Counted from the first letter of the stretch, positions 9,301 through 20,526 are shown. The stretch: DNA of 64,000 nucleotides from Gemmatimonadota bacterium (GCA_040389905.1 JAZJZK010000013.1:19651-83650); one strand, 5' to 3'. Translations and numbers: made by a program. Notes: generated from the sequence alone by a model not told the origin.

Positions 9301-12300
9301 GCACCCGTGGCTGCACCTCGATGGCGACGCCGACTTTTGCCGTCGTCGACGGTTGGGTGATCGTAGCGAGCGCGCTCGCTGTACCAGTCTGTATTGGAAT
9401 TGACGGCGAAAGGGCCGACGTCAAACCGCTGGACCCCATAGAGATCGTGACCGTTCCGCTCGGCGCTCCGATGCGCTTCGCGACGGGCGACAGCGGCGCC
9501 GTAAACGAGCCGTCGGCGAGTGTGACACCCTCCACCGTAACCGTTTCTCCCGACGGAAGGACCGTGAGCAGCATCGTGACGGTGCGTCCAATCTCGCGCA
9601 CCGGGTTGTTGAATTCATCGCGAAGCTGTGCGCTCACAGAACCGGGATCGATCGGCGCGCCCACTGTAATCGACGATGGTAGCGTGCTCGTGAACGCGAG
9701 CTTCGTGGCCACCGGCGACGTCACGTTGATCGACGACGACGTCGCCGACGTCAGCCCGGCGGATACGAATTGAAGTGTTCGGGCGCCGGCCGGTCCGGTG
9801 ATGCCCAGGTTGGTGAAGGTGACTCGCCCGTTCGCGTCCGTGGGGACGGTACGGGTACCCGTCAACTCACCAGAGCCTGATGCGATGGAGACGTCCACGG
9901 AGAGATCCCCGGTGGTGGCATTACCGCCCGCATCGACGATCTGGACCACAGGTTGTACGGCAAACGGTGCACCCGATGTCGCAGTCGACGACGGCTGCGT
10001 CACCATGGTGATTGCCTTCGGAACGCCGGCAAGCACCGGTATCGCCGGCGACGTGAGCGAGGTGAGACCGTCTGCACTGATGACGCTCGTGGCGGTTCCG
10101 ATCGGCCCCACGTAGGGCGGGAGCGGGAACGTCGCCTGTCCGTTTGCATCCGTCGACACCGTGTTCGTGATCGTGGTGTTCGACGGCGCTACGACGAGCC
10201 TTGCCGTTACGGATACGCCCTGTTGAAGCACCCGATTGTTTGCCGCGTCGGTGAGTTCCACCGTGAAGGCGTTCGGGGATATCTCGGCGCCAACGCGTAC
10301 GGACACTGGCCAGCTGGAAACGGCCCTGATCTTCGCTGCCGAACCCGCGGTCGCCGTCGCATGGAAGACGAAGGGACTGCCGTTGGGAACGCTCGCTGTT
10401 GCCGTGAGGATATACGGGCCAGCCGCGTTTCCGAGGGTCCACGCGTCCAGCGGCGCGATACCGGCTGCGTTCGTCGTCTGGCGTATCGTGGCTGCCGACG
10501 TCGCGCCGATCCGAGCCTGCGAGCCGAGACCGGCCGTAAACGTGATTTCCACACCCGACACAGGATTGCCCGAGGCGTCAGTCACCTTCACCGACGGCGG
10601 AATCGGAACTGCGGTGCCGACCGTGGCGCTCTGGCCTTCCCCAGCGTTGAGAAGCATCGTCGCCGCTGTTCCAGCGCTGAGTGGAATACCGGCACTCGAA
10701 ATCGGCGTGAGGCTCGGCGCGCCGAATGACAGCACGTATGTCCCGGTTGCGCCAGTCAGTGTGAGTCCAGAGAAGACGGCCTTGCCTGTCCCGTCCGTCG
10801 TTGCCGTCGCAAAGGACAGCGTCGGAACTGGCGACGCCGGACCAGAGGCGATCGTCGCTGTTATCTGGATACCAGGCGTACTGACCGCGTTGTTGCCTGC
10901 GTCGAGCAGCTGAACAATCGGCTGCGTCGAGAACGGCGTACCAGACTGGCTCGGCGCCGCAAACGTGTTGGCAATCGACAACTTGGCGGCGGCACCAGCC
11001 GTGATCGTGATAGGCGCGGTCGCTGGTGTGCGCAGGCCATCGGAGAACTCCAACGTCCGCGAACCGGCGGTGCCGCTGATCGAGAGCCCGGGGAATGTCG
11101 CGATGCCGTTCGCATCGGTGTTGACGGTCGTGTTGCCCGAGAGGGTTCCACCACCAGAGAGAATGATGACCGTGACCGGCACTCCCGCTTGCGCGATGGG
11201 ATTGCCGGGCGCATCGACAAGCTGAACCGCGGGAACCGAGGAGAACGTGACGCCGCTGCCGGCACTCGGCGGCGGTAGTGTCGCGAACAGATACCTCGCT
11301 GGTGCGCCGGGGCCTGCCGTGGCCGTAAACACAATCGGGCTGCCGGAGAGCGACGCGGTTGCTTCGATCGACTGCGTACCAACTGCGGGTCCAAGCGTCC
11401 AACTCGCAAGGCGCGCCGTGCCCGTGACGTTCGACGTCACGACCACCGGCGTCGATGAACCGTTCGCGCGGCTGCCATCCTTCGGCGTGAACGTCACATC
11501 CACGTTCGGCACGTTGTTGCCGAACGCGTCGCGCACTTGCACCGAGGGGTTCGTTGCCACGGGTTGGTTCACCGATCCCGATTGGTTCTGCACCGAGCCG
11601 ATGACGATGTTGGTCGCTGGCCCAACGTTGACTGATACCGGCGCGCTCACGGCGGATTCGAGCCCGCTGCCTTGGAAGATCAGTGTGCGAGGACCAATGG
11701 CGTTGGCAATCGACAGGTTCGTAAATGTTGCGACGCCGGACGCATTCGTTGCCACCACGAGGGTGCCATTCAACGTCCCGGATCCGCCGACCATGCTCGC
11801 CGTCGCGTTGACGCCCGCGGTGGACACGGGGTTGTCGCCGGCGTCGACCAGTTGCACGACTGGCTGTTGCGGGAACACCTGCTGGGCGATCACGCTCGAC
11901 GACGGCTGTGTCTTCAGCACGAATCGCTTCGCCGCACCGGTGGACACGGTGATGTCTGGAATCGTCAGCGTCGTGACGCCCGGCGCCGTGAAGCTGATCT
12001 TCAGCGTACCAACCGGCCCGTCATACGACGGAGTTGCGAACGTCGCCAGACCACTTGCGTCTGTCACCGCCGTGAAGCTGTTGGTGGAATTGGACGGGAG
12101 GACCGTTCCCGTGAGCGTCACCGTGACCCCTTGCTGCGCCACGGCATTGCCAAGCGCGTCGGCGATGCGCACCGCAAATGGTTGTGCGAATGGAACGCCA
12201 ACCGTAATCGCGGTGGGGAAGGTGCTTGCCCCTGCCAGCTTCGATGCGCTGCCGACGGTCGCCGTTGCTGTAAACGACGTCGTCAGCGCTCCAAGCGTGG

Positions 12301-15300
12301 CCACGAGCGAATTCGCACCAGGCGTGTCGCGCAGCGTCCACGAACCCACCGCGGCAATTCCGCTGGCGTTCGTACTCGCGACCCCGCCAGTCACGGAGCC
12401 GCTGTTGGCGCCCGGCGCAAAGGTGACGGATACGTTCGGCACGGGATTACCACTCGCGTCAGTCACCAACACGCTCGGTGGAATACTCACCGAGCTTCCC
12501 GCCGGCGCCGATTGTCCATCGCCGGCGTTGCGCGTCATCGTCGCCGGCGTACCAGCGCTCACGACGATCTCGCTGGTTGTAACGCCCTGCAGTCCGGTCG
12601 CAAGGAACACGAGTGTGCGAGGGCCGGCCGGTCCGGAAATCGTCAGGTTGTCGAATATGGCCTGACCCTGCGCATCGCTCTGGACCGTCGTGGTGCCGCT
12701 GAGTGTCCCGCCACCACTGGCGATCGAGACGCCCACATTCAGTTGCGCACCCACGCGATTCTGGGACGCATCGACCAGCGCAATCCGCGTCGATGGTACG
12801 AGTCGTTCACCACTCGCTCCCGTCGTCGGTGGTTGTGTCAGTATGATGAGTCCCGCCGGGTTGCCAGGAATGACCGTGATCGCAGGCGAGAGATACGACG
12901 TGACGCTGGGCGCGCTGATCGTGATGATCACCTGGCCGACTGGCCCGAAGTACGGCTGAATCGTAAACGTGGCGATACCGTTGGCGTCGGTCGTCGCCGT
13001 CAGGGTCTGCGTGCCTGACGAAGCGGCAGCATCGGACGCCACCGCCTCACCCGCCGGCGGAGATGCGACCGGCACGGTGAGTGTCACCGTCACGCCAGTC
13101 TGCCGAACAGGATTGTTCGCGCCATCGGCCAACTGCACACGCACCTGCGGGATCGGCTCGCCAACTTTGATCGTTGCCGGCGGTGCGGCGAGCACCAGGA
13201 GCTGCGAGGCCGTGCCGCTGGTGCCGGTGGCGGAGAACGTCGTGTTCAACGAGCCCGCGGTCGCCGTCAGGGTGTTCGGACCGGCGGTCGAGCTGAGCCT
13301 CCATGACCCGACCGCTGCGATGCCATTCGCATCCGTAGAGGCCACGCCGTCGACAACCGAGCCACTGTTCGGCCCGGGCGCGAACGTGACGGAAACGCCC
13401 GGCACCGGATTACCGCTCGCGTCCTTCACGAGTACACTTGGCGGAATTGCCACGGTGCTACCCGCCGTCGCGCTCTGCCCGTCGCCCGCATTTCGGGTGA
13501 TCGCAGCAGCCGCGCCGGCCGTCATCGTGATCGGCGCCGTCGTCACGCTCGTGAGACCCGGCGCACTGAACGTCAGCGTGCGCGCACCGGTGGTGCCGGA
13601 AATCGTGAGACTCGTGAAGGTCGCTCGCCCCTGTGCGTCCGTTGGCACGGTGGTCGAGCCGCCAAGCGTGCCGCCTCCCGTCGCGATGACAGCGCTTACG
13701 TTCACGCCGGCGCCCGTCACGAGATTGCGACCTGCATCTGCCAACAGCAGCTGCGGGGCAGGCGAGAATGGCGCGCCAATCACGCCGGTGCCCGCGTAGT
13801 TGGCGAGGATGAGCTGAGCCGGCGATCCAGCGATGACCGGAATGCCGGGGAATACTCGCGACGTGGCGCCAGACGCACTGATCGTGATCGTCGCGGTTCC
13901 GACGTACGATGCGTAGGCCGACGGCGCCAGCGTCGCAATGCCGCTCGCGTTCGTTATCGCGGTAGCCGTAAACGTTCCCGTGATTCCCGCGGCGTCGTTC
14001 TCTCCGTTCGGACCGCCCGGCGTCGCATCCGGAGGCGCGACGGGCGTGACGGTGCCTACCAGCGACACGGTCACTCCGGCCTGCGCCACCGGGTTGTTGG
14101 CCGCGTCCGCCAGTTGGACTCGGATCGACGGAATCGCCGCGCCGACCGTGATCGTCGTCGGCACCACATCGACCAGCGCGAGCTTGGAGGCGCTGCCGCT
14201 CGTTCCGGTTGCGGTAAACGACGCACTCAATGCGCCCGCCGTTGCGGTTAGCGTGTTCGTGCCCGCGGTGGAGCCGAGCGTCCACGATCCCACGGTCGCA
14301 ATACCGCTGGCATTCGTCGACACGGTGCCGCCGGTGACCGCGCCGCTATTGACGCCCGGCGTGAAGGTCACGGAAACGCCCTGCACCGGATTGCCGCTGC
14401 CATCCTTCACCAGCACACTCGGCGGAATGCTCACCGCGCTTCCTGCGGTCGCCGTTTGTCCATCACCCGCGTTGCTGGTCATGGTTGACGGGGCGCCCGC
14501 GCCGATCTCGATGGTGTTGGTCGTCGTGCCGGCGAGCCCGGGAGCTGAAAAGACGAGCGTTCTACCGCCGGCCGAGCCGGAGATCGTGAGATCGCCGAAG
14601 ACGGCCTGACCCTGCGGATCGGTCTGAACGATGGTCGTTCCACCCAGCGTGCCACCGCCAGTGCCGATGGACGCGGTGACGCTCACGCCACCTGCCGGCG
14701 TCCGATTCTGTGCAACGTCGACAACCACGACGCGCGTCGCCGGTTGAAGTGGCGTGCCGACGGTTCCGGTTGCAGGCGGTTGCGCGACGATCGCGAGTCC
14801 GGCCGGGTCGCCCGGCGTAACAGTGATCACGGGCGAGAGGTAGGATGCGAAGCCCGACGCGGTAATGGTCACCGTTACCTGCCCGGTTGGCCCCATGTAC
14901 GGCGGAATTGCGAACGTCGCGACGCCATTGGCGTCGGTGCCCACGGTCATCGACTGCGGTTCCCCTGTCGGGAACTCCGAGTTCGCCTGCGCGTCACCGG
15001 CCGGCGGAGGCGCGGCCGCCACGGTCAGTGTAACGTTCACGCCACTCTGCGTGACCGGATTGTTCGCACCGTCCGCCAGTTGCACACGAACGGGCGCGAT
15101 CGGCGTACCGACCTTGATCGTCGTCGGCGGCGCATTGAGGATGACGAGCTTGGACGCACTCCCACTCGTTCCGGTGGCGGTGAAGCTGGTGTTCAACGCG
15201 CCAGCCGTTGCGGGCAGCGTGTTCGAGCCCGCGGTCGTGCTGAGCGACCACGAGCCAACCGTCGCAATGCCGCTGGCGTTCGTGGTCGCCGTCCCGCCGG

Positions 15301-18052
15301 TCACCGAGCCGTTACCGGAAGCCGGCCCGAAGGTGACCGACACCCCAGCAACAGGATTACCACCTGCGTCCTTCACCAGGACGCTGGGCGGAATGCTGAC
15401 GGCGGTGCCCGCTGTTGCGGTCTGCGCGTCCCCCGCATTGCGCGTCATCGTCGCCGGCGTACCTGCGTTCATCGTGATCGTGCTGGTCGACGTGCTCGCG
15501 AGTCCCGTCGCCGAGAACACGAGCGTGCGTCCGCCCGGCGTTCCGCTGATCGTGAGGTTCGTGAACGTTGCCCGTCCCTGCGCATCGGTCGGAACGGTCG
15601 TCGAGCCGCCCAGCGTTCCACCGCCCGTCGCGATGGCCACGCTGATGTTCACGCCGGCGCCCGTCACGAAATTGCGTCCCGCGTCAGCCAGCAGCACCTG
15701 TGGCGGATTCGCGAATGGCGCGCCCAGCGTGCCATTGCTCGGGTAGTTGCCGAGGACCAGTTGCGCAGGCGCTCCCGCGACGACGGGGATGCTGGAGAAC
15801 ACCAGCGAAGTAACGCTCGCGGAACTGATGGTGATCGTCGCCGTCCCGACATAGGACTGGTAGACGGAGGGCGTCAGCGTCGCCACACCCGTCGCGTCGG
15901 TTGTGCCGCTCGCCGTGAATCCATTCAGGCCCGCGGCATCCTCGTCGGCACTCGGACCGCCAGGCGTGCCTTCGGTATTGTTCACCGGGTTCACCACACC
16001 CGTGAGCGACACGACGACGCCGGCAGTGTTCACCGGATTATTCGACGCGTCAGCCAGGCGAACCTTGATCGCGGGGATCGGCGCTCCGACGATGATCGTG
16101 GTAGGCGGGCCCGTGACCACGACGAATTTCGTCGGCGAGGTGCTCGTACCCGTCGCCACGAATGTCGCACTCACGCTTCCAACCGTTGCCGTCAGCGTGT
16201 TCGTGCCGCCCGTACCTCCGAGCGTCCACGAGCCAACGCTCGCGACGCCGCCGGCATTGGTCAACGGCGTGGCGCCAGTCACACTACCGCCGCCGCTCGC
16301 GACAGCAAACACTACCTGCTGTCCCACAACCGGATTCCTCTCGGAATCCGTCACCAAAACACGCGGTTGCACCGGGACGGCCGAATTCACCGGCGCACTC
16401 TGCCCGTCGCCGTCGGTGATCTCGATCCTGGCGGGCGCTCCCGCCTGAATCGTGAACGCCGTGGAGGCCGTGAGTGGCCCGGTCGACGCGGTCACCGTCA
16501 CCTGTCCCGCCGCTGAGCCGAGTGTCACGGACGTCGATGCCTGTCCGTCGGCACCGGTGGTCGAGCTGGCAGGCGTGAACGTCGCCTGCTCGCCCGACGC
16601 GCTCCAGCTGACAGACGCGCCGGAAACCGGATTACCCAGCCCATCCACGACGCGGGCGACCAGTGGGTTCGGCAGCGTTGTCTTCGCCTTTCCTGTTTGT
16701 CCGCCGCCGGACGTGATCGCAATGGCGCTCGCGCTCCGCGCAGTGACGCGCAGCGTGAACACGGCGCTGCCGCTCACCCCAGCGGTCGTTGCCCGCACCT
16801 CCTCGTTGCCGACTGACGAGCCGAGCGTGTACGTCACGCTCGTCGTTCCATCCGCACCCGTCGTGCTACTCGAGGCGCTTAAACTTCCGCTGCCCGTACG
16901 AGCCCAGCTCACCGGCACGCCACTGATGGTCGCGCCGAATGCATTCGTCACGCGAACCACCAGTGCCTGCGGCAGTGTCCGGCCAACCGAATCCGCCTGT
17001 CCGTCGCCGGAGACGACCGCGATCGCGGCTGGAGGAGCAGCGGTTGCCGTTTCGTTGACGGTCACTGGGGTCACTGTCCCCGACGCCGCCTCGTACGTCC
17101 ACGCGCCCGCCGTCTTCCCGAGCGTCAGCGTCGTCGATGCACGACCCGTGGCGTCGGCGACGGCCGACGCGGTCGCGACCGCTCCTCCTGCCGTGACCGC
17201 ACGGAAGGTTACCGTCGCTCCCGGCACCGGCAGGTTGTCCGTCGCCTGTACTTCGACCACCAGCGGCTGCGGAAGCGTGCTCCCGGCAACACCGGTCTGC
17301 CCTCCACCACTGACCACAACCAGCCGCGCGGCGGCCGGTACGAACGTCACGCTGGTAGCGCCGGTGATTCCCGACGGCGTAATAGCCGAGATCGTCGCCG
17401 TGCCGCGGCGTCCCTGACCCACGACCGATGCGGTCGCATTGCCCGTCGAGGTCACGGCCGCAAGCGCCGCGTCACTGGTCGTCCACCGAACCAGGAGGTC
17501 GGGTACCGCGGCATTCGTCGCGTCGAATCCCGTCGCTGTAACCGGCAGTGTCGCCGTGGCGGGGATGCTCTGATCGACTGGCTGGACCGTAACACGTGTG
17601 GTCGAGCGGCCAGGACCGGTGTAGTTCACGACCACGACCGGCGGATTCGTCGGCGCTGGTGCGCCGGCCACCGTCGCCGTGACGGTCTGTGACCCCGAAA
17701 ACAGTACGGTGTGACTCGCGTCGCGCAGCTCGAGAACGGCGGTAAATGCCTGTCCCGTCGAACTCGCCGGTACCGGAATCTCGATCGTGAGCTCGTTGAC
17801 CCCTGCGGGGAACACGATCACCGTATCGCGAGTGGTGCCATCGGGAGCGGTCAGGCGCACGTGCACCTCGCTCACCTCGATGCCGAAGGCTGACAGGCCG
17901 CGGTAGATCTCCGCGGCTTCCGGCGAGAAGCTCGGCGAGAATGTCAGGTAGCGCGGGCTGAGACTCTTGGGTAGCCCAGTCGGTGCATCAGTGCACGTAA
18001 TTCCGATAAGGGCCAGGGCCACAAGCCCGGCAATCCGAAAGCTGGAGCGCAT
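6335..18052 (-). CDS. Giant secreted/lipid-anchored Ig-like (Big_1/invasin-type) repeat protein with a cohesin-like domain
   Basis: 3905 aa; N-terminal hydrophobic segment ending GITC; many GDGQ..VLVKDAGGNPV..TNASGIA repeats; Ala/Thr/Gly/Ser/Val-rich. Confidence 0.9.
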   Translation of the reverse strand: MRSSFRIAGLVALALIGITCTDAPTGLPKSLSPRYLTFSPSFSPEAAEIYRGLSAFGIEVSEVHVRLTAPDGTTRDTVIVFPAGVNELTIEIPVPASSTGQAFTAVLELRDASHTVLFSGSQTVTATVAGAPAPTNPPVVVVNYTGPGRSTTRVTVQPVDQSIPATATLPVTATGFDATNAAVPDLLVRWTTSDAALAAVTSTGNATASVVGQGRRGTATISAITPSGITGATSVTFVPAAARLVVVSGGGQTGVAGSTLPQPLVVEVQATDNLPVPGATVTFRAVTAGGAVATASAVADATGRASTTLTLGKTAGAWTYEAASGTVTPVTVNETATAAPPAAIAVVSGDGQADSVGRTLPQALVVRVTNAFGATISGVPVSWARTGSGSLSASSSTTGADGTTSVTYTLGSSVGNEEVRATTAGVSGSAVFTLRVTARSASAIAITSGGGQTGKAKTTLPNPLVARVVDGLGNPVSGASVSWSASGEQATFTPASSTTGADGQASTSVTLGSAAGQVTVTASTGPLTASTAFTIQAGAPARIEITDGDGQSAPVNSAVPVQPRVLVTDSERNPVVGQQVVFAVASGGGSVTGATPLTNAGGVASVGSWTLGGTGGTNTLTATVGSVSATFVATGTSTSPTKFVVVTGPPTTIIVGAPIPAIKVRLADASNNPVNTAGVVVSLTGVVNPVNNTEGTPGGPSADEDAAGLNGFTASGTTDATGVATLTPSVYQSYVGTATITISSASVTSLVFSSIPVVAGAPAQLVLGNYPSNGTLGAPFANPPQVLLADAGRNFVTGAGVNISVAIATGGGTLGGSTTVPTDAQGRATFTNLTISGTPGGRTLVFSATGLASTSTSTITMNAGTPATMTRNAGDAQTATAGTAVSIPPSVLVKDAGGNPVAGVSVTFGPASGNGSVTGGTATTNASGIATVGSWSLSTTAGSNTLPATAGALNTSFTATGTSGSASKLVILNAPPTTIKVGTPIAPVRVQLADGANNPVTQSGVNVTLTVAAAPPPAGDAQANSEFPTGEPQSMTVGTDANGVATFAIPPYMGPTGQVTVTITASGFASYLSPVITVTPGDPAGLAIVAQPPATGTVGTPLQPATRVVVVDVAQNRTPAGGVSVTASIGTGGGTLGGTTIVQTDPQGQAVFGDLTISGSAGGRTLVFSAPGLAGTTTNTIEIGAGAPSTMTSNAGDGQTATAGSAVSIPPSVLVKDGSGNPVQGVSVTFTPGVNSGAVTGGTVSTNASGIATVGSWTLGSTAGTNTLTATAGALSASFTATGTSGSASKLALVDVVPTTITVGAAIPSIRVQLADAANNPVAQAGVTVSLVGTVTPVAPPDATPGGPNGENDAAGITGTFTATAITNASGIATLAPSAYASYVGTATITISASGATSRVFPGIPVIAGSPAQLILANYAGTGVIGAPFSPAPQLLLADAGRNLVTGAGVNVSAVIATGGGTLGGSTTVPTDAQGRATFTSLTISGTTGARTLTFSAPGLTSVTTAPITMTAGAAAAITRNAGDGQSATAGSTVAIPPSVLVKDASGNPVPGVSVTFAPGPNSGSVVDGVASTDANGIAAVGSWRLSSTAGPNTLTATAGSLNTTFSATGTSGTASQLLVLAAPPATIKVGEPIPQVRVQLADGANNPVRQTGVTVTLTVPVASPPAGEAVASDAAASSGTQTLTATTDANGIATFTIQPYFGPVGQVIITISAPSVTSYLSPAITVIPGNPAGLIILTQPPTTGASGERLVPSTRIALVDASQNRVGAQLNVGVSIASGGGTLSGTTTVQSDAQGQAIFDNLTISGPAGPRTLVFLATGLQGVTTSEIVVSAGTPATMTRNAGDGQSAPAGSSVSIPPSVLVTDASGNPVPNVSVTFAPGANSGSVTGGVASTNASGIAAVGSWTLRDTPGANSLVATLGALTTSFTATATVGSASKLAGASTFPTAITVGVPFAQPFAVRIADALGNAVAQQGVTVTLTGTVLPSNSTNSFTAVTDASGLATFATPSYDGPVGTLKISFTAPGVTTLTIPDITVSTGAAKRFVLKTQPSSSVIAQQVFPQQPVVQLVDAGDNPVSTAGVNATASMVGGSGTLNGTLVVATNASGVATFTNLSIANAIGPRTLIFQGSGLESAVSAPVSVNVGPATNIVIGSVQNQSGSVNQPVATNPSVQVRDAFGNNVPNVDVTFTPKDGSRANGSSTPVVVTSNVTGTARLASWTLGPAVGTQSIEATASLSGSPIVFTATAGPGAPARYLFATLPPPSAGSGVTFSSVPAVQLVDAPGNPIAQAGVPVTVIILSGGGTLSGNTTVNTDANGIATFPGLSISGTAGSRTLEFSDGLRTPATAPITITAGAAAKLSIANTFAAPSQSGTPFSTQPIVQLLDAGNNAVSTPGIQITATIASGPASPVPTLSFATATTDGTGKAVFSGLTLTGATGTYVLSFGAPSLTPISSAGIPLSAGTAATMLLNAGEGQSATVGTAVPIPPSVKVTDASGNPVSGVEITFTAGLGSQARIGATSAATIRQTTNAAGIAPLDAWTLGNAAGPYILTATASVPNGSPFVFHATATAGSAAKIRAVSSWPVSVRVGAEISPNAFTVELTDAANNRVLQQGVSVTARLVVAPSNTTITNTVSTDANGQATFPLPPYVGPIGTATSVISADGLTSLTSPAIPVLAGVPKAITMVTQPSSTATSGAPFAVQPVVQIVDAGGNATTGDLSVDVSIASGSGELTGTRTVPTDANGRVTFTNLGITGPAGARTLQFVSAGLTSATSSSINVTSPVATKLAFTSTLPSSITVGAPIDPGSVSAQLRDEFNNPVREIGRTVTMLLTVLPSGETVTVEGVTLADGSFTAPLSPVAKRIGAPSGTVTISMGSSGLTSALSPSIPIQTGTASALATITQPSTTAKVGVAIEVQPRVQIVDAGGNPIRTAGLIVDAEVLPQGSLSGNVHVATDGEGVVAYSDLAINALVGSRNLQFNRPGLTSSGSTSITVTAGDASKFAIVTQPSATAASGVVFAQQPILQITDAAGNPVTKAGIELNTVIASGGGTLEGSRFPSPDGNGRVTFTDLRITGTPGPRTLRFSGGGLVDAISNSIDITPAPASKLVIATAPPATAQSGVALTTQPVIQVADASGAPVSSPGIVVTATTTGGESSVTGVATATTNANGVATFTNLGINGRGLIALQFAASGLTSVVSANIDVGAPPAVSIAVNIGATPSTSGAIGTNMAIPIIIDMANAQGQNLASMTFDVTWDPTQFDYVSRTNGSFGEGPSYTVNTANTSTGRLAVSVFDNDGFSTGSPTILTVTLLPKASKSGSVTTAITTAGSADGNSIALSKFVIRPLTVTTGTPAAASIVTTSGLYVARLPRQPVAEGVITFTVMTASNQPVGAGYSVQFSGQREDCNFPGGATTNASGVVTLAVTTDSMRIGCTITASTPSEFSTKAFVTTVPYAATHVWFGGTAETYYDWDRAQSWIRMSDMSSTAPSSPSDVPYIAAFYGNPWPRLAANKTVGGLYMSAGSQIDLNGKQLTVAGPIDMGGTEYEGESFRTAVRSGTLMPRGRLNGRSSESRSDYEGSGYVWNGTVIVQGTVDIRGIFDKLTVGAGSCGGASPQYAHLRDAFAYDLMTVVCGAIVENALAGRLVGNAGSFVKVAGSGNFYVEGDADLLGDSLVVLPYSTTEIDGQAQIRGRLEMYGGSYLDLYGATSFNGTGSLANGEIYAASHVTFGGAGSAGYQFTGGALYVGGNFTQLNGSGPIAFKSSGVHQVSMVGGEAQTMQFADPVNNTIASLYADNHAGVSLLSDLTLSGGEFPFLAVANGPFVVAAGKTLATTGALFFDTGGTLRADGTVRFGSCYTDDDPYPIFNGSGTVNGKAPAEVGCELRGGPSELRGRPIPTARNRAPSRLPIKK

Positions 18053-18252
18053 GGAAACAAAGGGCGCGGGAAACGGCGCAGGCTAACCGGAATCGGTCGC
18101 CGCGGCGCCAACTATGAATTGGCGAAAAACTGGAAACTGCGAGTTCCTGCTCAAGGTCACAATGACCCTGATCACATTGCAGACTCACCTACACAGGACG
18201 ATTACACGCCGTGAAGGTATAAGCAAATGTTTTGTGGCGAGCTCTACAAGCT

Positions 18253-20364
18253 TTAGAACTTCAGGATTTCTGCGATCGCACGCTTGAACGTTTCCACCTG
18301 CGGAAGAATCGCGTCCTCGAGCTGCGGTGCGTAGCCAACGAACGTGTCCGTACTGGCCACGCGCTTGACGGGTGCATCGAGCCACGCAAAACAATCATCC
18401 GCGATCCGCGCCGCGATCTCGGCGCCGTAGCCCCAGGAGACGGAGTCCTCATACGCGACGATCACGCGACTCGTCTTCTTCACGCTTTCGTAAACTCGCT
18501 CTTTGTCCCACGGCGACAACGACCGAAGGTCGATCACCTCTGCACTGACGCCGCGCTCTTCCTGCATCTGGTTCGCGGCAGCGAACGCCCGCTGTACCGT
18601 GGCGCCGTAGGTCACGATCGTGACGTCCGAGCCTTCGCGAACGACACGCGCCTTCCCGAACGGAATCATGAAGTTCGGGCCGGGATACGCCGCTTTGTTG
18701 TACGTCTGCCGGTAGAGATGCTTGTGCTCGAGGAAGATCACGGGATCCTCGCAACGAATTGCCGTGCGCAACAGGCCGTTTGCGTCCAGTGCATTCGACG
18801 GGCAGATCACCCGCAAACCCGGGCAATGGGTGAACAGCGACGCGCCCGTCTGCGAATGGTAGATGGCACCGCGGATGTAGCCACCATACGTCACGCGAAT
18901 GACCACCGACGACGAAAAAGCGTTGTTCGACCGCCAGCGCATCGTGGCCAACTCGTCGCGAATCTGCATGTACGCGGGCCAGATGTAGTCGAAGAACTGC
19001 ACTTCGACGACCGGCTTGAACCCTCGCAGCGCCAGGCCGATCGCGCGCCCTACGATCGTGGCCTCCGCAAGCGGCGTGTTATACACGCGCGCGCTCCCGA
19101 ACTCCTTCTGAAGGCCCCACGTCACCTTGAAGACACCGCCCTTTCCCTTGACCTTGCCGAGGTGCTGCTCGCGCGAGACGTCAGCGACGTCCTGGCCGAA
19201 GATGAGGATCTTCGGATCGCGCCGCATTTCGTCCTTCATGCACGCGTTCAGCAGGTCCACCATCGTCGTTTCGTTGCCGGCGAACTGCGGGTCGTCTTCC
19301 GTGTCGAACTGTTCGCCCGTGGGGTCGACGTCGGGCGAATAGACGAATTGCTCGATTGTCTCCGGACCAGGCTGCGGCTGCGCCAGGGCGTCATCCGTCG
19401 CCGCAAGCACGATCGCATCCACCTCCTCCGCAATTGCCGCCAGATCGGCTTCCGTTGCGTGCCCCTCCGCGACGAGCCACTTCGGGAACTGCACGAGCGG
19501 ATCGCGCGCCGCGTCCAGGTCGCGTTCGTCGGCAGGGCGATACAACACTTCGTCGTCCGACAGCGAGTGCGAGTAGGGCCGAATGACCTTCGCGTGCACA
19601 AGGGCAGGGCCCTTTCTGGCGCGCGCGTAGTCCACCGCCTTCTGCATCACCGCATGGCTCGCGAGCAAGTCGCATCCATCGACTTCCTGGACGTACAGGT
19701 CGGGGAACGATGCGACGAGCTTCGAGATCGAACCGCCCGCCGTATTGACCTCGACGGGCACCGAGATCGCGTACCCATTGTCCTCGACCAGATAGACGAT
19801 GGGCAGCTTGAGGTTGGACGCCGTGTTGAGCGACTCCCAGAATTCGCCCTCCGACGTGGTGCCGTCGCCAGTGGAGACGAGAACGACTTCATCCCGCTCG
19901 AATCCCTCCGTGATATCCAGAAGCTTCGCCCGGAGCGATGCCTCGGCGCTGCCGACCGCCTGAAGGAACTGCGTTCCCGTCGGCGACGACGTCGAGACGA
20001 TGTTATAGTCCTTATGGCCCCAGTGGCTCGGCATCTGGCGCCCGCCGGAACTGGGATCGATCGCTGCGCCGACCGCTTCGTACAGCATCTCGTTCGGCGT
20101 CATGCCGAGTGTCAGGCAGAGGGCGCGGTCGCGATAGTAGAGGTAGAACCAGTCGTACGCGGGCTTGAGGACAAATCCCGCTGCGCACAGGATGGCCTCG
20201 TGTCCGGCGCCAGAGATCTGAAAGAAGATCTTGTTCTGTCGCTTGAGCTGGATCTCCTTGTCGTCGATCCGGCGCGACAGGAGCATCGTGCGGTAGGCAG
20301 CGACCAGCTGGTCGCGCGAAAGTGCAGCTGTACCCTTGCGTTCGGCGCGGGTCTGGGTCGCCAT
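18253..20364 (-). CDS. 2-oxoacid dehydrogenase E1, fused alpha/beta (branched-chain type)
   Basis: [12 protein letters not shown] motif [23 protein letters not shown], beta part [23 protein letters not shown]. Confidence 0.95.
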   Translation of the reverse strand: MATQTRAERKGTAALSRDQLVAAYRTMLLSRRIDDKEIQLKRQNKIFFQISGAGHEAILCAAGFVLKPAYDWFYLYYRDRALCLTLGMTPNEMLYEAVGAAIDPSSGGRQMPSHWGHKDYNIVSTSSPTGTQFLQAVGSAEASLRAKLLDITEGFERDEVVLVSTGDGTTSEGEFWESLNTASNLKLPIVYLVEDNGYAISVPVEVNTAGGSISKLVASFPDLYVQEVDGCDLLASHAVMQKAVDYARARKGPALVHAKVIRPYSHSLSDDEVLYRPADERDLDAARDPLVQFPKWLVAEGHATEADLAAIAEEVDAIVLAATDDALAQPQPGPETIEQFVYSPDVDPTGEQFDTEDDPQFAGNETTMVDLLNACMKDEMRRDPKILIFGQDVADVSREQHLGKVKGKGGVFKVTWGLQKEFGSARVYNTPLAEATIVGRAIGLALRGFKPVVEVQFFDYIWPAYMQIRDELATMRWRSNNAFSSSVVIRVTYGGYIRGAIYHSQTGASLFTHCPGLRVICPSNALDANGLLRTAIRCEDPVIFLEHKHLYRQTYNKAAYPGPNFMIPFGKARVVREGSDVTIVTYGATVQRAFAAANQMQEERGVSAEVIDLRSLSPWDKERVYESVKKTSRVIVAYEDSVSWGYGAEIAARIADDCFAWLDAPVKRVASTDTFVGYAPQLEDAILPQVETFKRAIAEILKF

Positions 20365-20526
20365 GCGGAGAAGCGGTTTCGGGTGCGAATCAATGGTCCG
20401 TCAGGCTGGGAAAGATAACCCTCTGGCGCCGGGCAGAAAGACGGACTGTGCGGGTCGGCCGGCTGGCATGCTCAGCTGGCACTGCCCATGCATTCTCGGC
20501 ATGCCGCAACCACATGGAGAAGACAA

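Noticed and set aside
18232..20418. 728-aa antisense ORF, and similar long shadow ORFs over the giant protein, NRPS and terC
   Set aside because: Expected antisense shadows of high-GC genes; no motifs.
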